The position numbers were made by a program, and so were the translations under genes. A stretch of 64,000 nt of DNA. Source: Thermodesulfobacteriota bacterium (GTDB lineage Bacteria; Desulfobacterota; Desulfobacteria; Desulfobacterales; SURF-7). Within the stretch, counting starts at the first letter, position 1; the number at the start of each line of letters is the position of its first letter. Below, piece by piece: positions 10,148-21,162 of this stretch. The DNA lies in contig JBMORA010000045.1 in NCBI GenBank assembly GCA_049320885.1, forward strand, positions 1 to 64,000, in the 5' to 3' direction. The notes under the pieces are model-generated. The model did no database searches, was not told the origin of the DNA, and saw nothing but the letters and a program-made list of their open reading frames with translations.

Positions 10148-10990
10148 ATGGCGGAAAAACGAATATCAAAGGAACCACTGCTCGTGGAAATGCTTAACAA
10201 CCCGCTGGAAATCTACCACTTGCTCAACCGGTCCAATTGCATGGATTGTCATGAAAAAACCTGCATGGCATTTGCCGTGGCCGTGTTTAAAAACAAGCGG
10301 CGGCTTCAGGAATGCCCCCACCTTTCACCGGAGATCCTCCACCGCTACGGCGACGAAACCCGGAGGCCCAACACCATCGACGAAGACATGGCCGCGGCGG
10401 TGGAAAACCGTAAAAACCGGATCAAAAGGCTGGATCTCAGCGAGGCGGCCCGAAGGCTGGAGGCGGATTTCGACAACACCTTGCTGACACTGCGTGTATT
10501 CGGCCGGGATGTCAGCGTCGATCCGAACGGAAACCTGATCACCGATATTCACGTCAACCCCTGGATTGCAGCTCCCCTGCTCGATTATATCCTGGAAGGC
10601 CGGGGCGGCAAACCCACCGGGAAATGGATGAATTTCCGGGAACTGAAAGGCGGTCTGGTCCGTTCCGCCCATTTTCGGCAGCGCTGTGAACAACCCCTGA
10701 AACAGATCGCCGACATGTATCCGGAATTGTTTACGGACCTGCTGGAAATCTTCGACGGGAAACGTACGGACAGCCCCATGAGAATGGATATCTGCATTGT
10801 GCTGCAACCCCTTCCGCTGGTCCCCATGCTCATCGGCTACTGGTATCCGGAGGAGGAGCTGGAATCGAGCCTGCATATCCTGTTTGACGAGGCGGTCCAG
10901 GACAATCTCGCCATCGATTCGCTGTACACCCTGTGCGAGGGGATTGTCATGATGTTCGGAAAAATCGCCCGGCGGCATGGAGAAAGGTAG
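10148..10990 (+). CDS. Fe-S domain + DUF3786-like protein
   Basis: N-terminal L-x3-NC-x2-C-x4-CMAFA...CPHL Fe-S motif. The C-terminal part resembles DUF3786 proteins of sulfate reducers. Confidence 0.7.
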   Translation: MAEKRISKEPLLVEMLNNPLEIYHLLNRSNCMDCHEKTCMAFAVAVFKNKRRLQECPHLSPEILHRYGDETRRPNTIDEDMAAAVENRKNRIKRLDLSEAARRLEADFDNTLLTLRVFGRDVSVDPNGNLITDIHVNPWIAAPLLDYILEGRGGKPTGKWMNFRELKGGLVRSAHFRQRCEQPLKQIADMYPELFTDLLEIFDGKRTDSPMRMDICIVLQPLPLVPMLIGYWYPEEELESSLHILFDEAVQDNLAIDSLYTLCEGIVMMFGKIARRHGER

Positions 10991-10993
10991 AGG

Positions 10994-12031
10994 ATGCTTT
11001 CCAGATTCAAGCAATTCTTCAGACAACCGGCCGTTGCCATCGATCTCGGCACCGCCAGGACCCGCCTGTCCGCCTGTGAACCGGGGATTATCACCGAAAA
11101 ACCATCCGTTGTCCGAAACATCCGCCGGAGCGGTCGGGCCCGGCATCCGGATCCCTACATCGCCTATTTGAACGACAAGTTCGTCCAGACTCCCCTGCGC
11201 GGAGGAGTCGTCGTCGATGTCAACGCCGCTGTCTCCCTGCTCAAACCCTTGTTCAGCCGGATCCATAAGGGTGTCCGCAAACCGGTATTTCTGGCTTGCG
11301 CCCCCACCGATTCCTCGGACAGGGAACGGCAACGGCTCATGGAGGCGATCTGTAAAGCGGGCGCCGCCAAAGGCGCCGTCATTCCGGAACCGCTGGCCGC
11401 CGCCGTCGGCGCCGGCATGGATCCGGCAAAACCCTCTGCGCAAATGCTGGTGGATATCGGGGAAGGGGTAACGGATATGGCCGTCTTCCGCGAAGGTCGG
11501 ATCATTTTTTCCGCGGCCCTGAGAACCGCCTGTTCGGATATCCACAAAGCCCTCCGCACCGCAACCGTGGCACGGCACCGGGTTCTTCCGTATCCCGCGG
11601 AAGTGGAACGGATGACCCATGCCATGGGTTCTTCGGGCAGGTCCACGCAGGCATCCACAGAAAACAGCCTCTCGGTCCGGGGCATGGATATCGTCAAAGG
11701 CGTTGAAGTCGATATCGAGGTATCCAATGACGAAATCATCCAGGCCATGGGACCCGTGATTGCCCGAATCCTCAACCTGATCACGCTCGGTCTGAAAAGA
11801 ATGCCCGAGGACATTGACCGGGAGATTTCCCTGGCAGGCATTTGTTTAACGGGTGGCGGCAGCTGCATCAACGGCCTGGACCGATTGCTGGCCCTGGAAA
11901 CCGGTCATGACATATGGGTCCCGCCGGATCCCATGCGCACGGTGATCAACGGCGCGGTCCAGATTCTGCGAAACATGAAAGAAATGGAATCCTGGTGGGA
12001 AACGATCAATTGGCCGCAGCCTTCCATCTGA
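10994..12031 (+). CDS. Divergent MreB/Mbl-like actin-family ATPase
   Basis: AIDLGT, IPEPLAAAVGAG, LVDIGEGVTD, ICLTGGGS. Confidence 0.8.
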   Translation: MLSRFKQFFRQPAVAIDLGTARTRLSACEPGIITEKPSVVRNIRRSGRARHPDPYIAYLNDKFVQTPLRGGVVVDVNAAVSLLKPLFSRIHKGVRKPVFLACAPTDSSDRERQRLMEAICKAGAAKGAVIPEPLAAAVGAGMDPAKPSAQMLVDIGEGVTDMAVFREGRIIFSAALRTACSDIHKALRTATVARHRVLPYPAEVERMTHAMGSSGRSTQASTENSLSVRGMDIVKGVEVDIEVSNDEIIQAMGPVIARILNLITLGLKRMPEDIDREISLAGICLTGGGSCINGLDRLLALETGHDIWVPPDPMRTVINGAVQILRNMKEMESWWETINWPQPSI

Positions 12032-12049
12032 CATCACCGGAAACAAAGA

Positions 12050-13939
12050 ATGACTGATCCCGTTCCCAAAGGCAGCCGAAAAACAGTGAACCTGCAGGTC
12101 AAGGTGATGCTACTTTTTTTGATCATCTCCTTGCTGCCCCTGTCCATCGTCGGTGTCTTCTCCATTACCACCACCGAAAATCTGATTGTCGAAATGGTAA
12201 TGCAGCAGCTCGAAAATGTCGCTGCCGACAAGGCCTCTATTCTGGAAAGATGGCTGAGCGAACGCAAGGCCGACATGCTGGTGATTTCCGGCACCCAGAT
12301 TCTCCGGTCCATGGACCCCGCCCGCATCGGCCCATTTCTCGAACTGATCCAGAAACAATACGGGGTGTATAAAAAACACACAGTGATTTCATCATCAGGC
12401 GATCTTGTCCTGACCTTCCGGAACGGGATGGTACAAAATGACAAAAACGAGCCGAATCGCCATGAATTGAAAAACAGACTGTTTCTATCCGATATCACCC
12501 TTTCTTCGAAAGAAAAGGAATCCACTTTTGACATCGCCGCGCCGATCATCCGGGACAACGGTGACCTTGCAGGAGCGGTTTATGGAACGGTGGGCACGCG
12601 GCAGATCATCTTTTTCATACTGAATGTGGCGCTGGGTAAAACCGGCGAATGTTACCTCGTCGACAAGCAAGGCACCTTTCTGGCGCACAAGGAACCCCGT
12701 CGTATCCTGAAAGAAACCATCTCCCGATCGGAAATTTTCCAGAACATCATCGGCAGCCGCAACCCCCGGGTGAGCTACCTGGACTATCGCGGTATTGAAG
12801 TGTTCGGGACCTCCCGGCAGGTCAGCGGGACGGACTGGCATGTGGTGGTTGAACAGGATCGCGACGAAGTCTTCGAAAGCGTGGATAAATTAAAACGCCA
12901 TTTGTATGCCACCATTCTATTGTGCATCGGCAGCGCCCTGATGCTGACCTGGGTCATTTCCTACCATATTATCCGCCCCATCCGGACCCTGAACCGCTCT
13001 GTGGATCTTCTGGCCAACGCGGAATTTGAAAAAGGCATCATTCGGCTCGAGCGGCGTGATGAAATCGGGATGTTGTATCGGGCGTTCGAAAACATGGCGC
13101 GCAAACTCCAGGAACGCCATACCCATCTGGAAAAAAAAGTGGATTTAAAGGATGCCGCTTTAAAAGAAAATGACATCATCTTGAACCGCATCAAGCGCAT
13201 CGCCGAACGCTCTGAAAAATTCGCCGCCATTGGACGCCTGAGCGCCGCCGTGGCCCACGAAATTCGGACACCCCTCACTTCCCTGAAATTGTTTTTAGAG
13301 TCGATCCAGGCCGAAATCGAGATTTCTCCCGAATATGAGGAGGACTACGATATCGCCATGCATCAGGTCAACCGTATTGAGGCCACCATCAACCGTTTCC
13401 TGGATTTCTCGAAACCCAAGGAACCGGTTTTCGCGGACATTGATCTGGGCCCGTTGATCGAGAACGTCCTGCATATCGTCAAACCGATGATCAGCAAGCA
13501 GGAATGTTCTTTGAAGGTGAGAATTGAGAATTCATTGCCGGCGATTTGGGGCGATAAGATTTTATTGGAAGAAGCCCTGATTAATCTGTTTGTGAATTCA
13601 TTGGAAGTAATGCCTCACCAGGGCAGTCTGTTCGTGGAGGCGGTGCGGGATGTACTGCCGGCAAACGGCGAGTCCCGTCCTTGTATCCGGATCGATGTCC
13701 GAGACACCGGCTCGGGTATTCCCGAAGAACGGATTGTCAATATTTTCGATCCATTTTATACGACCAAATCCTCCGGCACCGGCTTGGGGCTGCCCTTGGT
13801 CCTGAACGCCGTCCGACATCATGGCGGAGATATCCAGGTCAAAAGCCATCCGGATAAGGGAACAATTTTTTCGCTGTTTCTTCCAACAAAAATTCATCAA
13901 CCCATCCGTGAAACCAATGGAAAAAATATTTCTGATTGA
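12050..13939 (+). CDS. Membrane sensor histidine kinase (Cache, HAMP, HisKA, HATPase)
   Basis: Two TM segments flanking a periplasmic domain, RRDEIG HAMP, AHEIRTPL, FYTTKSSGTGLGL. Confidence 0.92.
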   Translation: MTDPVPKGSRKTVNLQVKVMLLFLIISLLPLSIVGVFSITTTENLIVEMVMQQLENVAADKASILERWLSERKADMLVISGTQILRSMDPARIGPFLELIQKQYGVYKKHTVISSSGDLVLTFRNGMVQNDKNEPNRHELKNRLFLSDITLSSKEKESTFDIAAPIIRDNGDLAGAVYGTVGTRQIIFFILNVALGKTGECYLVDKQGTFLAHKEPRRILKETISRSEIFQNIIGSRNPRVSYLDYRGIEVFGTSRQVSGTDWHVVVEQDRDEVFESVDKLKRHLYATILLCIGSALMLTWVISYHIIRPIRTLNRSVDLLANAEFEKGIIRLERRDEIGMLYRAFENMARKLQERHTHLEKKVDLKDAALKENDIILNRIKRIAERSEKFAAIGRLSAAVAHEIRTPLTSLKLFLESIQAEIEISPEYEEDYDIAMHQVNRIEATINRFLDFSKPKEPVFADIDLGPLIENVLHIVKPMISKQECSLKVRIENSLPAIWGDKILLEEALINLFVNSLEVMPHQGSLFVEAVRDVLPANGESRPCIRIDVRDTGSGIPEERIVNIFDPFYTTKSSGTGLGLPLVLNAVRHHGGDIQVKSHPDKGTIFSLFLPTKIHQPIRETNGKNISD

Positions 13940-15365
13940 TGACGACGAGGGGCTCATCCATTTTCTGAGCCGTTTTTTTCAACGAAAAGGCTATGAGGTC
14001 AGAACCTGTCTGCACGGCCGGGAGGTAATCGGCATCTTGCAGCAGGAATCCTTCGACCTGATTCTTTTAGATTATAAAATGCCGGAATTAAACGGAATAG
14101 ATGTTTTAACAAGCATAAAGGCCTCCCAGGTTAAGACACCGGTGATCCTGATGACGGCCTATGGCAGCACCGATATCGCCATTGAAGCCATGAAACGCGG
14201 AGCGTACGATTATCTCGTCAAGCCCTTTGAAAGGAAGGAGTTAAGCCGCATCGTCGCCGAAGCCCTCCAGGTAAACCGGCAGATGAAGGAAATCGTCTGT
14301 TTTCCGGATGCATGCAAACAAGATGATGCCCACCCCGCCGGGGAGGGGATACAGATCATCGGCAGCAGCCGGAAAATGCAGGAGGTATACAAGGTAATCG
14401 GTCAAATCGCTGAGTCGGACGTTTCCGTTCTGATCACAGGGGAAAGCGGGACCGGCAAGGAATTGGTGGCGCGGGCCATCTATCATCACAGCACGCGGAA
14501 GCAAAAACCATTTATTGCCATCAATTGCGCGGCCATACCGGAAAACCTGTTTGAAAGCGAATTATTCGGCTATGAACGCGGCGCCTTCACCGGAGCGGAG
14601 CGCACCCATATCGGTAAAATCGAAAGATGCAACGGCGGCACGTGCTTTTTGGATGAAATCGGCGACCTGCCCTTGAATACCCAGGCAAAATTGTTGCGGG
14701 TGTTGCAGGAGGGGGAATTCGAACGACTAGGAGGATCGCAGCTCATTACCATCGATGTGCGCATTATCGCCGCATCCAACAAGGACATGGAAATGGAGGT
14801 CAAGCAGGGGCGTTTCCGGGCGGATCTGTTCTGGCGGTTGAAAATCATCACCATTCATCTACCGCCCTTACGGGAAAGAGGCGCCGACATCCAATTGCTG
14901 GCGGATTATTTTCTCGCGCGCTTCACCCGCGAATATGGCAAACCCACCCTTTATCTGACAGCAGCGGCACAAAAAAACCTGAGCTTATATACATGGCCGG
15001 GAAACGTGCGAGAACTGGAGAACTGCATCCGACGGGCGATCCTCCTCTCAACGGGGGATATCATTTCGGAAGAGCATTTCACCCTGACTTCTCCGGAGGA
15101 AGGGCCGGTGCTGGCATCTCTCAGCCGGGAACAGTTGCTGAAACGCCTGCGGAACAAACTGGAAATCATCATTCCTGAAATTCTGCGGCTTTCCAGGGAC
15201 GATATCCATGCCAACATCATGGAGATGGTGGAGGAAACCCTTGTCCGGAAAGCCTTGCAGGAATGCGATAACAATCAGGTTCAAGCCGCAAGGCTTCTGG
15301 GCATCAGCCGCAACACGTTGCGACACCGCTTAAAAAAAATCCAGGACGACGAATCGTTTTCATAG
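13917..15365 (+). CDS. NtrC-family sigma54 response regulator
   Basis: REC domain (LIDDDE, LDYKMP), GESGTGKE, GAFTGA, WPGNVREL, HTH. Start ATG 13917 overlaps the kinase. Confidence 0.93.
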   Translation: MEKIFLIDDDEGLIHFLSRFFQRKGYEVRTCLHGREVIGILQQESFDLILLDYKMPELNGIDVLTSIKASQVKTPVILMTAYGSTDIAIEAMKRGAYDYLVKPFERKELSRIVAEALQVNRQMKEIVCFPDACKQDDAHPAGEGIQIIGSSRKMQEVYKVIGQIAESDVSVLITGESGTGKELVARAIYHHSTRKQKPFIAINCAAIPENLFESELFGYERGAFTGAERTHIGKIERCNGGTCFLDEIGDLPLNTQAKLLRVLQEGEFERLGGSQLITIDVRIIAASNKDMEMEVKQGRFRADLFWRLKIITIHLPPLRERGADIQLLADYFLARFTREYGKPTLYLTAAAQKNLSLYTWPGNVRELENCIRRAILLSTGDIISEEHFTLTSPEEGPVLASLSREQLLKRLRNKLEIIIPEILRLSRDDIHANIMEMVEETLVRKALQECDNNQVQAARLLGISRNTLRHRLKKIQDDESFS

Positions 15366-15399
15366 CACCGGGATCCGCACTGCTTCCATTTCACCATAC

Positions 15400-15418
15400 C
15401 TGTTCAACTTTTGAACAG
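15400..15418. promoter_or_regulatory. Putative UAS palindrome CTGTTCAA-N3-TTGAACAG
   Basis: Perfect 8-bp inverted repeat about 170 bp upstream of a sigma54 promoter. Confidence 0.55.
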
Positions 15419-15589
15419 CTTTGCCGGTTGACTTTTTTCCCGGCCGGATCACTCCCACCGCCTGTCTTCCGCCCCCGGCTGAAAACCCGCTGCCGGTTTT
15501 TCAACAGCCGGTTGCTTCCGCCCGGCCCACCCCAGCCCGCATATTAAATAATATATCGATATTTTTAGCTTTTATTATATTCGCGATCC

Positions 15590-15605
15590 CGGCATGGGCT
15601 TTGCT
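15590..15605 (+). promoter_or_regulatory. sigma54 promoter for the hypothetical-gdhA operon
   Basis: CGGCATGGGCTTTGCT (GG-N10-GC), preceded by an AT-rich tract at 15541-15580. Confidence 0.65.
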
Positions 15606-15723
15606 AAACCCAGGGTAGTGGACTGCTCCAGACGGACAGGCAAACCACGGACCGGATCGCCGTCATGGAGGGCAATGCCGGTTGCCGGAATCCGGCCTAA
15701 CCGCAAAGGAAAGGACAGCAGCT

Positions 15724-16287
15724 ATGTATCATGAAGGCTTTTTCATATCGGAACGAATGAAGGAAGTCGCCCTTATGTGCGACCGGGAAAATCCCATTTA
15801 TGAACAAATCAGCAGCTTCAGCATCGCCTTGTATGTGCTTGGATTTTTCAGCTGCCCGGATTTGATGTCGTTTGAGGATATCGACAGCCAGGAAGCCGGC
15901 GCCTATCTGCGGGACAATTTCATGGAAATTGACCGCAAAAGCTTACCGTCCGACTACCGGGTCACCGGTTCGAAGGATCAATATCTTCTCGTGATCGGCG
16001 ACCCCTCCCGCCCGGTGCACTTCGCCGTTTTTACGGATACGAGAAGCGCCAAGCCGTTCTTTTCCAAATTGCATTATTTCGGCAGCGGATTCGACAGTCT
16101 GGAGGAGCTACAACGGGAGTTCCTCGGCAGGGACGGTCTTGACGAAAACGATATTCACTTTTTTAAAAGAAAAACCGCGCAACGCAATGCCCCCCTGGAA
16201 ACCGGGAAAATCTATGTCGCCCGCAAAAGCGGCGGTTATTCGGCTTACAGGGAAATCAACGGCCATCTGGTTCGAGAAGCGAGTTAA
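15724..16287 (+). CDS. Hypothetical protein upstream of gdhA
   Basis: Open frame; AAGGA RBS before ATG 15724; 29-nt gap to gdhA. Confidence 0.7.
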   Translation: MYHEGFFISERMKEVALMCDRENPIYEQISSFSIALYVLGFFSCPDLMSFEDIDSQEAGAYLRDNFMEIDRKSLPSDYRVTGSKDQYLLVIGDPSRPVHFAVFTDTRSAKPFFSKLHYFGSGFDSLEELQREFLGRDGLDENDIHFFKRKTAQRNAPLETGKIYVARKSGGYSAYREINGHLVREAS

Positions 16288-16310
16288 ATACCATCAATCT
16301 GGAGGAGTAA

Positions 16311-17672
<1,362 letters not shown>

Positions 17673-17711
17673 CAAGCCCCAGCATAATAACGGGCTGTGT
17701 TGCCTGGCGAC

Positions 17712-20300
17712 TCATGACAGGCAACACAGCATTTTCTGGGTTGTGATGTCAGAACGGATTGTGAGGCCATCCTCCCGAATGTCACTGACTTTCACCACCG
17801 GGCTGAAACGCGTATCACCCGGGCTGATGGTCTCCAGCAGGTTCGGAAGGCATTGAAACCATTCCCGGTTGAAAATTACCCCCGGTTTTTCCGGATAAAC
17901 CGCCAGATAAAAAATCCGCGTCTCCACCAGGTCCTGAAAAAAATGCGTCCCGAATGACAAATCCGGTATCAGGCTTCCATCCTGATAACTGATCTCCGCT
18001 ATTGCGGCGATATGGTTGATTTCCGAAAAGGTCACAGGGACGCCCATGGCGGGCGAATGCGTACCCCACCTGCCCGGACCCAAGAGAAATGTGGGCGACG
18101 TAACGCGATCCGCCACTTGCTTGTTCAGCTTGCCGATCAGCCGGGCCACGCTGTATTTTTCCGAAAGGGTGAGAGGGGCGTAGGTCGCGGGGTCGACAAA
18201 AATAATGCGGGCGATCGGCTGGGACACATTTCCGCCCATGAAATCCCCCTCGGTCCGGATGATCACCTTCCGCGGATCGATCTGTTCAGGCATTTCGACC
18301 CGCGACCCTTCTCCAAAAGTTTGAAACGGACGGCACTGCAACAGATTGATCTGGATTTCATCCGCCGGGTTGAAATTAACCGTGAATTCGATGTCCACCG
18401 GATGGTGATAGCTGTTTTCCAGCGTCCCGAGCATTCCGGCCATCATCCGGATGAAAGCGGTTTCCGTCAGAAACGGATCAAAGGTCAGGATCCGGATTTC
18501 CGATTCCGTCTTTCCCATGTTCCGCAAACTCTCAATGGCTTCCGTATCACGGATCGACAGCAGCTCCAGTTTGGATTCCAGCCTTTTCCCCATCAATTCC
18601 CGCAGGGGCACCGTCTGCAGCAAATTCTCCTCCAGGTTTAAAATATCCGCGAAATGCTGTGAAAATCTCCGAATGTCCTTCATTTCCGACAAGGGACGCA
18701 CCAGTGGCTCGTCGATGGCCACAATCCTTGGATAATCCGAATCCACACGATTCACCGCGCGGGTCCCTAAACCGAAAACCAGCCGCAGCATGCCCGCCTT
18801 CGGGTTCATACCCTTTTTCCAGACGAATGGATTTCGGGACAAACCGACACCGGCGATTTCCGGAAAAAAATACTGCTCCCGGTAGGCACCGGATACTCGT
18901 TGCACCAGCAAAGCCATTTGCTCATTCATTTGATCAAGCCCCCGTTGCATCCGGTAGGCAAGGGCATCTTCATTCATGGTGCTGGCGAATATCCGTTTTA
19001 CCGCCTCCTCGAAATGTTCATAGCGTTTTTCCGGAGAACCCTGGTTGACGCAAAAGAAACTTTCGTATTTTCCCGAAAAAGCGCTGCCGAAAGCGTCCTC
19101 CAGCAGGCTGCTGGATCGGACGATGATGGGGGATTGGCCGAAATATTCCAGCATGCGCTGGAATTGTTCCTTGATTTCCTCCGGGAAACGTCCTTTCAGC
19201 ATCTTGTTTTTCAGCTCGGAAGCCTTTTGAAAATAGCCGTCCCTGGTCTTATGGGCCATCAACAGCTTCCACCAGCCGTTCTGAACGATGTAAGAATAAT
19301 AAACATCCGAACCGATATAAAACGAATCATGCGGTTCCAGGATCGTATTCCATTGAAAAGCGGCATCCTGCATCAGGATTTTGCGGGCCAGCAGCATGCC
19401 GAGGGCTTTCCCGCCGATAAAACCGGTGCCGATCAAGCGTTCTTTTATCTGGAGAAGATCCTCAAGCGAAAAATACTCCCGGATCAAGGCGAGGATACGC
19501 TTGCTGCGACTCAACAGAAGCCGTCCCAACTGCTCCACCATGTCCCGTTTCTCATCCAGGGCCGCTTCCGATTCGAGTAATTTCCTGGTTTGGAGGAAAA
19601 GGCGGTCCCAGTAATCGAGGTGTCTCTGGGCATCGGCGGTGTAATGTCGTGAAAGATGGGAAAACAATTGGGTGGCTTCCGCGCTGTTGATAACCGGAAT
19701 AAGGTCGTTCTTTTTCCGCAGGTGGGGAAAAAACATGGTGGGGGAATACCGGTGCTGCACTTTCAGCGGATGGATACAAATTTGCTTTCTATAGCTATAG
19801 ACATCGATCAGCACCTGGGTTGTTTCCCGAATGCGCGCGATCGCCTTATAGGAATGCCGGTTGCGCTGGATGGCGAAATAGGCGATGGTGTTGAGTTCAA
19901 AAAGGTACGGGCAGGTGATATAAAAAAAATCGCCGATCATCAAGTCGGTGGCCCAGACATGCAGCAGGTCGGAGAGGGAATCAAACACATAATGGACGTC
20001 CCGGCCTTCTTGGGTGATGATGTTGTGCACCTGCGAGGAAAAGGATTCAAATCCCTGGTCCACATTCAGATTGTAGAGAACCACCCGGCTGCCGGCCTTC
20101 AGGAGGGGGCCATGGCGGGCGAATCGCATGTACACAATCCGCTTATTGCTGGAAACGGAGCTGTTAACAAAAAAAGCGACAAGCCGCTGGTAGTCATCAA
20201 TACTGTCCACCTGCCAAACGACGTTATCGCCCCCGCGCAGATGATCGATGATCATGTCCAGGCTGTCCCAGCCGGTGCTTATATGGGCATGAGTCTTCAT
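17712..20300 (-). CDS. PEP/pyruvate-binding (PPDK_N ATP-grasp) domain protein with a degenerate RecA/KaiC-like N-terminus
   Basis: IGGKALG, IVRSSSLLEDAFGSAFSGKY, GLGTRAV, PVDIEF, LLQCRP. No phospho-His swivel or C-terminal barrel recognised. Confidence 0.8.
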   Translation of the reverse strand: MKTHAHISTGWDSLDMIIDHLRGGDNVVWQVDSIDDYQRLVAFFVNSSVSSNKRIVYMRFARHGPLLKAGSRVVLYNLNVDQGFESFSSQVHNIITQEGRDVHYVFDSLSDLLHVWATDLMIGDFFYITCPYLFELNTIAYFAIQRNRHSYKAIARIRETTQVLIDVYSYRKQICIHPLKVQHRYSPTMFFPHLRKKNDLIPVINSAEATQLFSHLSRHYTADAQRHLDYWDRLFLQTRKLLESEAALDEKRDMVEQLGRLLLSRSKRILALIREYFSLEDLLQIKERLIGTGFIGGKALGMLLARKILMQDAAFQWNTILEPHDSFYIGSDVYYSYIVQNGWWKLLMAHKTRDGYFQKASELKNKMLKGRFPEEIKEQFQRMLEYFGQSPIIVRSSSLLEDAFGSAFSGKYESFFCVNQGSPEKRYEHFEEAVKRIFASTMNEDALAYRMQRGLDQMNEQMALLVQRVSGAYREQYFFPEIAGVGLSRNPFVWKKGMNPKAGMLRLVFGLGTRAVNRVDSDYPRIVAIDEPLVRPLSEMKDIRRFSQHFADILNLEENLLQTVPLRELMGKRLESKLELLSIRDTEAIESLRNMGKTESEIRILTFDPFLTETAFIRMMAGMLGTLENSYHHPVDIEFTVNFNPADEIQINLLQCRPFQTFGEGSRVEMPEQIDPRKVIIRTEGDFMGGNVSQPIARIIFVDPATYAPLTLSEKYSVARLIGKLNKQVADRVTSPTFLLGPGRWGTHSPAMGVPVTFSEINHIAAIAEISYQDGSLIPDLSFGTHFFQDLVETRIFYLAVYPEKPGVIFNREWFQCLPNLLETISPGDTRFSPVVKVSDIREDGLTIRSDITTQKMLCCLS

Positions 20301-20411
20301 GAGTGCAATTCCGGATGATAAACGAATGGTATGGATTGCGGCGTCATCGATCGGCGGTCCCCCCGGGCGGTTCCCGGTTCACCCGCACTCTTCGGAGCCA
20401 TACCGGCCCGT

Positions 20412-21110
20412 TTAAAACGAGTCATTCAATCGGAAAAAGAAGGCCAGGTTCATGAAAACCTGTTTTTCGTCATTCTCGTACTTGCTTTCATAGTAATCAT
20501 AATCGGCATCGGGTCCGCCCTTGTAATCATCATCGCCGTAATATCGCATGAAGCGGTAACCGATGGTCAGGGAGGCCGTAATATGATCACCCGGATTGAA
20601 ATTCACGCCGATTACCGGGGCGACGCCGATCCCCACATAGGAATATTCATAGTCCCGGTCCTTGACGCCGCTGGAATCAATGAAATCCCCTTCCGAAACG
20701 GAAAGGCGCAGTTGCGGGCCGATCCACAGGCGGATGAGCCGGTCCTGGTAAAGGCGGAACCCGAAGGTATGATCCATGGTATAGGTATCCAGTTCAAGCT
20801 TTCCGCCGGATTCGTTTTTCCATTTCCATTCTCCGTAGCCGAGATTCAGGCGGTAATTGAACGGCACATTCCTCGCCAGGGCGGTATCCAGGACAAAACC
20901 GATGCTGCGATTGTCGTCATCGGTTTCAAAACGGTATTCGTCGCGGCCATTATAGTAATCATCCGGCTCCGCCGAGTGGTCCCCCGACCCGTCCTGAATA
21001 TTCACATCCCCATAAAAACCCAGCCCTATGGCCGATGCTTCCGGAAGATGAAAAGCATACACGGCAACCAAGAGCATCAGCTGAATCGCAGCAAACCGTC
21101 GCACCTTCAT
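20412..21110 (-). CDS. Outer-membrane beta-barrel protein
   Basis: Signal peptide ending ASA, alternating aromatic beta-strands, C-terminal Phe; AGGAG RBS before ATG 21110. Confidence 0.7.
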   Translation of the reverse strand: MKVRRFAAIQLMLLVAVYAFHLPEASAIGLGFYGDVNIQDGSGDHSAEPDDYYNGRDEYRFETDDDNRSIGFVLDTALARNVPFNYRLNLGYGEWKWKNESGGKLELDTYTMDHTFGFRLYQDRLIRLWIGPQLRLSVSEGDFIDSSGVKDRDYEYSYVGIGVAPVIGVNFNPGDHITASLTIGYRFMRYYGDDDYKGGPDADYDYYESKYENDEKQVFMNLAFFFRLNDSF

Positions 21111-21162
21111 TTGAATTTTCTCCTGTGACATGGAAATACTGTCCTCAGGGCAGGGTGCCCCC

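Noticed and set aside
17712..20300. Functional ppsA or ppdK
   Set aside because: The phospho-histidine and C-terminal catalytic domains were not recognised.
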